NCBI RefSeq assembly: GCF_009914755.1
Contig: NC_060925.1
Strand: one strand, 5' to 3'
From: the human T2T-CHM13v2.0 reference genome, Homo sapiens
DNA: 64,000 nucleotides
The translations under genes and the position numbers were made by a program. A model generated the notes under the pieces. It did no database searches and was not told the origin of the DNA. It worked only from the letters and a program-made list of their open reading frames with translations. Shown here piece after piece: positions 57,067-64,000 of this stretch; position 1 is the first letter of the stretch; each line of letters begins with the position of its first letter.

Positions 57067-59479
57067 TCAAAACTTTTATTTTTCATTCTTTTTTCTAGTT
57101 AACTGAATGTGGTTTCTCTCACTTTTTCATGAATTTTTCACCCCTTCAATAATATTTACTGAGTCTCTGCTACCAGCCAGGCACATAGCAGAGCAGCTTT
57201 GGCTATCTGTATTTCCCCCTCACAGCTCACTTTCAAAGGAAGAAACATAGCCCAACCTCAGCTTGCAAAATCCGGATCACATTCTCCCTTCTTCCTGAGT
57301 CTCAGCAAGTCTAGCAGCAAGATTCAAATTCCTTTTTTGCTTTCCCTTATGTACATGCAGATTTGGTTGCTGAAAGCATCTTCTAGTTGACCATCTACCG
57401 AGGTAAGAGGGCCTGAGGTCAGAGTGGTTACAGGGAGGAGGCGAAGGGGGGATTTGGGGATGCAGTAATGCTGAAATCAGCCCATCCCACTTCTAAATTA
57501 CAATTACACATTCACTTCCTTAGGATGGGAAGGATTCATTTCATGACTTTTATGTCTCCTAAAATTATTTTGTGTATTTTTCATGTATCCTAAAATTATT
57601 TTGAAACTGATATCAGAGAGTATCTCCTATGAGTAGACCCACTGAAGGATCTTATCACTGTCCTATGCTCAATTCTGTCTCTCATTCCTGGGTCATACCT
57701 GGATCACAGGATGCAAATTCCATCCAGACCAGGCCAGTAGGAAGTCAGGAGGTAGGGTTCTGTGGGTCTGGTTTCTGAGACTTAACTGAGTCTTAAAGTA
57801 TCTAGTCATGCCCTACCTCTGTACCATAGAAAAGTGGGCTTCCCACATACCTCGATCTCTTGCCCTGTATTACTTGTACTCTGCAACCTCATTCACGTTG
57901 ACTTTGCTCACTTTCAACCTCTTGATGACTTCCTGTGAAAAGCCCTTTTTTGGCTACTGCTTCTCAAGACTGACCTACAACTTTCCCATCTACTGAAATT
58001 CAGACTCTCCTTCAGGCTGGGTTGACTCGTTTACCTTTAAGAAAACTCTTGTACCTCTGCATTGAGTTTACCGTAGCACAGCAAGGCCACAGGACAGGAT
58101 TCCATCTGATGCAGATGTCATTCAGAAATTCAGTGCTATCCTTTCACAGTGAAGGGGGCCCACTGAGTGAGGCAAGCACCCTTTGTGTCTTTACACTGCC
58201 TTGTTGGTTTGTCCCTTTGCCTTTGTTCACCTGAAGGCTCTCTCTTCCTACTTTGGGTAACATGGACAGAGGCCCAATGAGACTGTGACATTTTACCCTG
58301 GATCAGAGAACTGGAGAAGGAAGTTCTGAGTCCTGTCTTGCAGGACTGGGAAACTTTGCATAGATATCACCAATGATCCACTGCTACTTCCTACCTGTCT
58401 TGGTTTGGCAGATATACTTAGACTCCCCATTTCAAACAAAGAAAAGTCAACTTTCCAAGTCTCAGTTACTTTGGGTTGACGATTAACGGCATCATATATA
58501 TGAAGTGTCCACCCTGATGGCTGGCACAGTGTAAGCACTCAACATATTTTATTACAGTCAAGAGGGAGGACATTCTGTGGTGGGTGGGAACCAGCTTGAA
58601 TGAAAGTATGGAGGCTAGGTGTGAGGAGGGAACTTTGGAGTGTGAGGCAGGTGAGTAGGGTTAAATAACGTGGGAAGTAAGGTGGAACCATTCTGGTTAA
58701 AGATAAATAAAAGAAGGCCTCAAATGTCAGGATGAGAATTTAGGACTTGATGTATTAGGGACAGTAGCCTATATGTAATTTGTTAAATAAGTGACATAAA
58801 AGTGCTCAGAAAAGTTATTGCAAATATGAGAAGGAATAATGCTTCCCATCAAAATAAATATGGCAATGGTGACAACAATAAGGATAAAGATGAGAATAAT
58901 AGTAATCATAGCAGTAATAGCTGATAATGTTGACTAAATGTTTTCTTCTTGCCAATCACCATGCTAAGAACTTTGATGCATTTTCTCATTTGAGCCTCAT
59001 CATAAGCCTTTTGGATCATTGCTATTATTATCTATAGTTAACTGATAGGGAAATCGAAGCTGAGAGGGGTTGTCCTTTGTTCAAGATCAGCCAGCTGGAA
59101 AAGTAGTGGATTTGGGATTTACACCCAAGCCTTTCTCACTCCAGAGCCGGTGGTTTTTTTCAAAATCCACAAAGCATACCAATTTCCTATTTTCAACCTC
59201 TTTGCTTAAAAGCTTACTGCTCATTCTTCCCTGGCTCCTCTCAGAGTACTGCTTTCTGAAATGCCTAAAATAAAAACTCACGAGTCCAATAATAGATATC
59301 TCCACCGCAAGAGATATATTTAAACTCCCCCATTTCAAGCAAAGGAACTTGAAGAAAAATTAAATTCAGCAAAAGAAATATTGAGTATCCCACCAGCCAC
59401 ATCTGACATACAAACGAAGCCTGTATGTTTCTGCTCCGCATCCCCATCTTCCTGAGAGCTTTGTTTTCTACTATGGCTC

Positions 59480-59770
59480 CTCAGGGTCTTGAACTCACTG
59501 GGCCCTGGCAAACTCAGCTCATAGGTCAGCTCCTCTCAGGTGCCTTGCCTGACCACCCAAGCTACAGTCACTCCCCACAGTCAATCCCTATCATGTCACC
59601 CTCTTTCACGGGCTCCACTGTATTTACTACTTTCTGAAATTAACTTTTTCACTTATTTGTGTCCTTATTTATTGTCTTGCCTGCATTGTTCACTACTATA
59701 TCCACATGCCTAGAGTACTTACTTGGCATATAGTAGCTAATCAATAAATATTTATTGAATAAATAATACA
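59480..59770 (+). mobile_element. L2 3' end
   Basis: ttgttcactactatatccacatgcctagagtacttacttggcatatagtagctaatcaataaatatttattgaataaat. Confidence 0.7.
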
Positions 59771-60632
59771 ATGCCTATTCATCCACCAAGGCTCAGCTTA
59801 AAAGACTTTCAAGCTGGGATAACTTTTTCTGGGCTCCTATAACATAGGAGGGCTTACTGATCACAGCCCTTGCCCCATGGGATTGTAATTATGGATTTTT
59901 CTTGTCTGTTTCTCCAGCTAGGTTATGGCCCCAAGAAGGCGGGGGTAATAGGGCTTTTTGTTAATATATCCTCAGCACCCAGATTAGTATCTAGCAATGA
60001 GTGTTGCTAAACAAATATTTGTTGAATATATAGGCAGATAAATGCATGGATAGATGAATTAATAAAAGGAGTAAAGAATGAATGAGCAATATTTTTCCAG
60101 TTGCAGAAATTAAAATTTATAAACACCACCTGATGTATATTACCCTGGAAGACCTGTGGTTTAATATATTAAGATAGGCTAAGTTAACCATAAAATATCA
60201 ATGACCAATATTCATCTTTCATTCAAGCTACAGGTACCATCTGGGCTGGCAGGGCCACTCATGCACAGAGTCATACTGAGCCCGAGCTGATGGATGCTTC
60301 TACATTACCACCCAAAGCCTTATAGTTATCCAGACAGGAGAAGAAGGAGCTGGAGGGTTGCATCCAATGCTTATGCACTTTGGCCTGGAAGTGATGTATG
60401 TCACTTAGGTTATAATCAGATATAGTTGCATGGCTATTAATTGCAGGAGCTGGAAATATGGAGGACTATGGTTATGATGCAGGCAGCAAATGTCTCTTCC
60501 ATACTTGGAGATCACAGAACTCCTAAAGGCCAAGGCAGCACTAATGCTTCTGTGTGCTCCAGGTTTTGAGGACTGTCACCTAAACTACTTTAAGTATTAA
60601 TTCATCATTATATAATTTTCATTTACTTATAA

Positions 60633-60988
<356 letters not shown>

Positions 60989-61144
60989 GGAACTTTATTT
61001 CTTTTTTAATAAGCTGTTGAGTGTGACTTCATAGAGTTGATAAACCTCCAACCTAAGGTGGGAAAAAATTTCCCATTTTGATTATTCTTTACAACTTTAT
61101 TGAAAATAAATATAGCTTCTCTCAGGCTTTTCAAAATAATATCT

Positions 61145-61345
61145 TACCTTTATTTACTGTCTACTTGGTGCCAGTGTAGTTGGCCTTTTATTTATATAAT
61201 ATCTAATCTTCAGTACAACCCTGTAGGATAATATTATAATTCTAATTTTACAAATAAGGAAACTTAGACTCAGAGGGGTTAATATTCTTGTCCAAGGTCA
61301 CACAACTCATAAGGGTTCAGGTAGAATTTGAACTCAGGACTATAT
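61145..61345 (-). mobile_element. MIR
   Basis: attttacaaataaggaaacttagactcagaggggttaatattcttgtccaaggtcacacaac...tttgaactcagg. Confidence 0.78.
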
Positions 61346-62955
61346 GAAAACAGCTCACGGACCCCCATTACCATCTAATTGGAGTCTTGTGTGTCTGGAG
61401 GGCAGAAGGAGTGAATTGCTGAACTAACTTTTTCTATTGTCCCTTTGACCTCTAACACTCTATGAAAGCATTTTACAAGCCACAGTGGAAAACAGAAATC
61501 AAACTGCATCATATAAAAGTCTCTGATTTATCATGCATACATTATGGCTTGTTCCTTGTTTAAAGATGAGAGAAGAAAAATGAAAGATTACAATTTAGGG
61601 ATTAATTCTACCGGACTATGAAGCAATGATGGGGCCCATTTCGATAACCAAAATAATAATGTAAATAATTATTTAAAAATTGGGGCAATTCTTCAACTTA
61701 TACGCCAAATATACCTAATCTTGATTGCCCTGGGGATGATATTATTTGAGAAAGAATAAAAAGGACACATTCTAACTCTACCTTATAGATAGTTTACATA
61801 GTAAGATTGCCTTTAGGCCAAAAATTATTTTTACCAGAATAGTCAGATAGACCTGGGTATTTTCTGACCTCTGCTACTGCTTACCCGCATGGACTGGGAC
61901 AATTCGTTTCTCAGAATCTCAGTATCTTCATCTGTAAAACTGGGTTGGGAGAGCCAAGGTAGCATAATGGGTAGCATTGGAGGCTCTGGGTCTAGACAAA
62001 TGAACTCACTGGTTCCACCATTTACTCAATCAATACATATCTACTGGGGACCTCATAAGAGCTAGAAACTGTTGAGTGCTGAGGGTACACAGACAAGGAA
62101 AAACAAACACAATCCTTGTGCTTATGGTGTTTATAAGACAAAATACTTGATCTCTCCAAGCCTCAGTTTCAAAATCAGTAAACTGAGGATAATAGGGTTG
62201 ATTGTAGGAATTTAAAGAAAGGCTGCATATGCATTGTGTTTAGCATGATGTCTGAGCAAAAATAAATGTTTGATAAATGTCAGCTGCTGTTATTAGTAGT
62301 AATAGTAGCTGTAGGGGTAGCAGTAAGTAGCGCAGTTCCTAGAACATCACGGGTACTCAATAAATGTTTGTTGAACAGTAAATGAATGAAACACTAATAG
62401 TGTAAGCTAGGTAATATAGCTGTAGTTCCTCAGAAGAAATAAACTGATGAAGACATTATTTATTTAATCCTTAGTACTTCTGGGGTTCTAGAATACAAAG
62501 AGTTTTGAGGAAATTCATATTAGTTGGCAGTCTAAAGTGGAAACAGGGTTAGAAAAAGCCAACGCAATATAAACCCTGATGCAAGAGCATTATCTATACA
62601 TAAACTAGCACGTATGCAATTTTCAATGGTTATTATAGACAGTGAGTTAGAAGCAAAGGCACTTCCCTTTGGGGTGGAGTAGGTTCCAAAGGTGCCATGG
62701 AAGGTTGGATTAAAATGGGCTTTAAAGTCAGTTCTGTATTTGAATTGATGGTAAAGAAAAGGCAGACAAAGTTCCAGGCAGAGGAATGAAGTGAGCCAGA
62801 TGTGTAGACCTGTACCTGCCTTAACTGGTGGTCTAAGAACTGAGAGCGTTGGCTAGTATATACAGGTTGTCCAGGCAAATGGTGCTGATAGAGTAGGAAA
62901 GCCTTTGGATGCCTGATTAAAGAGTATTAAATCAATCTATTCACAAACAAAAGGT

Positions 62956-63200
62956 CAGTGATCAAGCGGTAGATTTGCCAGCTCTGGAGCCAGATGACCT
63001 GGGTTCAAATCCTAGCTCCATCACCACTAGCTACGGGATCTTGGGCAGGTTGCTTAACCTCTCTGAATCTTGGTTTCCCCATCTGTAAAATGAAGATAAA
63101 AATAGAATCTACTTCATTAGGTTATTATGAAGATGAAGTGAGCAAATTAATTAATACATAGAAGTGCTTTGAATGGTATGTGGCACATGGTAAAGGCTAT
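62956..63200 (+). mobile_element. MIR (well preserved)
   Basis: gctctggagccagatgacctgggttcaaatcctagctcc...cttgggcaggttgcttaacctctctgaatcttggtttccccatctgtaaaatg. Confidence 0.88.
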
Positions 63201-63804
63201 ACTGTTGTTGTTATTGTTGTTTTTCAGATATTAGTACATATCCAAAGAGATTAGACTGTACTACCTAAAAAATCAGACAAGTAGCTATACTGTTTGTTCA
63301 CTTATTCTACTATTTGTTTAGCAGCACTGACTGACTGCTGTGTCTAGGCACTGGTTAATACCCAGTCTCCATCCTCAGGTTGCAAAGACACACAAGTAAT
63401 GATAATCGATGAGGAATGAGCTATAATGGACATGCTGTATTATACTGAATCAAAGGCACTATAAACTGTAATGCAAATGCTGATTGCAGAGATATTATAA
63501 TGTGAGAAAAAAATGTTAAAGTCATTGAAACACAATATATTCAAGGGGCAAAGTGGCAGAGGGGGAGAAGTTCCTAATTCTGCCTAGTGGCAGAGGCAGG
63601 AGAGGCTTTAAAGAAGACAATTTAGTTAGGCTAAGATTTGAAGGATGACTGGGAGCTTGCCAAGCTGGGGTGGGGGTGTGGGTGGGGGAAAGGGAAATGA
63701 AGCACGCATGAGTAGGCACAGGGTCATCAGGGGCTGGATGTGCTTGGGAAATAAGATCCATGGTGGACATGAGGCAGGAGAGAAAAGCAGAAGGTAAATC
63801 ATGA

Positions 63805-64000
63805 ATAATAATAATATTAAATATTTTTTAGCCTTTATCATATGCCAGACATGGTTTAAGCACTTTAATCCTCCCATCATCGCCATGAGGCAGATACTAT
63901 GAGTGGTGCCATTTCCAGAGATGGGCACTGTGAACACTGCTGGTCAGCAGCACAGTCAGGATTTGAACCCAGATGGTCTGACCCCACAGCCCATCCACAT
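63805..64000 (-). mobile_element. MIR
   Basis: atgccagacatggtttaagcactttaatcctc...gatttgaacccagatggtctgac. Confidence 0.7.

Overview
Primate (apparently human) genomic DNA lying inside the Reelin-pathway adaptor gene DAB1 (Disabled-1), which is transcribed on the minus strand. Five coding exons are readable directly, each with GT-AG boundaries. In the usual DAB1 literature numbering they are exon 5 (35197-35328), exon 6 (34435-34554), exon 7 (33936-33974), exon 8 (32273-32338) and exon 9 (25797-25856). They encode residues ~103-241: the C-terminal PTB domain and the Y185/Y198/Y200/Y220/Y232 phosphotyrosine cluster. The supplied ORF track misses all five. The rest is intron, filled with 14 Alus, many MIR/L2 relics, L3/CR1, L1 3' ends, MaLR/ERV solo LTRs, hAT elements (MER1B, MER3, MER94) and microsatellites. 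I cannot support a wholly new biological system. The least-explained structures are local templated copies: a 130-bp inverted copy with fold-back hairpins at both junctions inside MER1B, a two-piece mosaic duplication that puts direct repeats around exon 9, and weaker cases in an MSTA LTR and at 11548-11580. Splice architecture is also notable: YQ-terminated phase-0 exons, a tandem GTAAGT donor, SRRM4-like UGC acceptors and an intron-7 read-through tail. Repeat subfamily calls come from remembered consensus sequences, and boundaries of old repeats are approximate.
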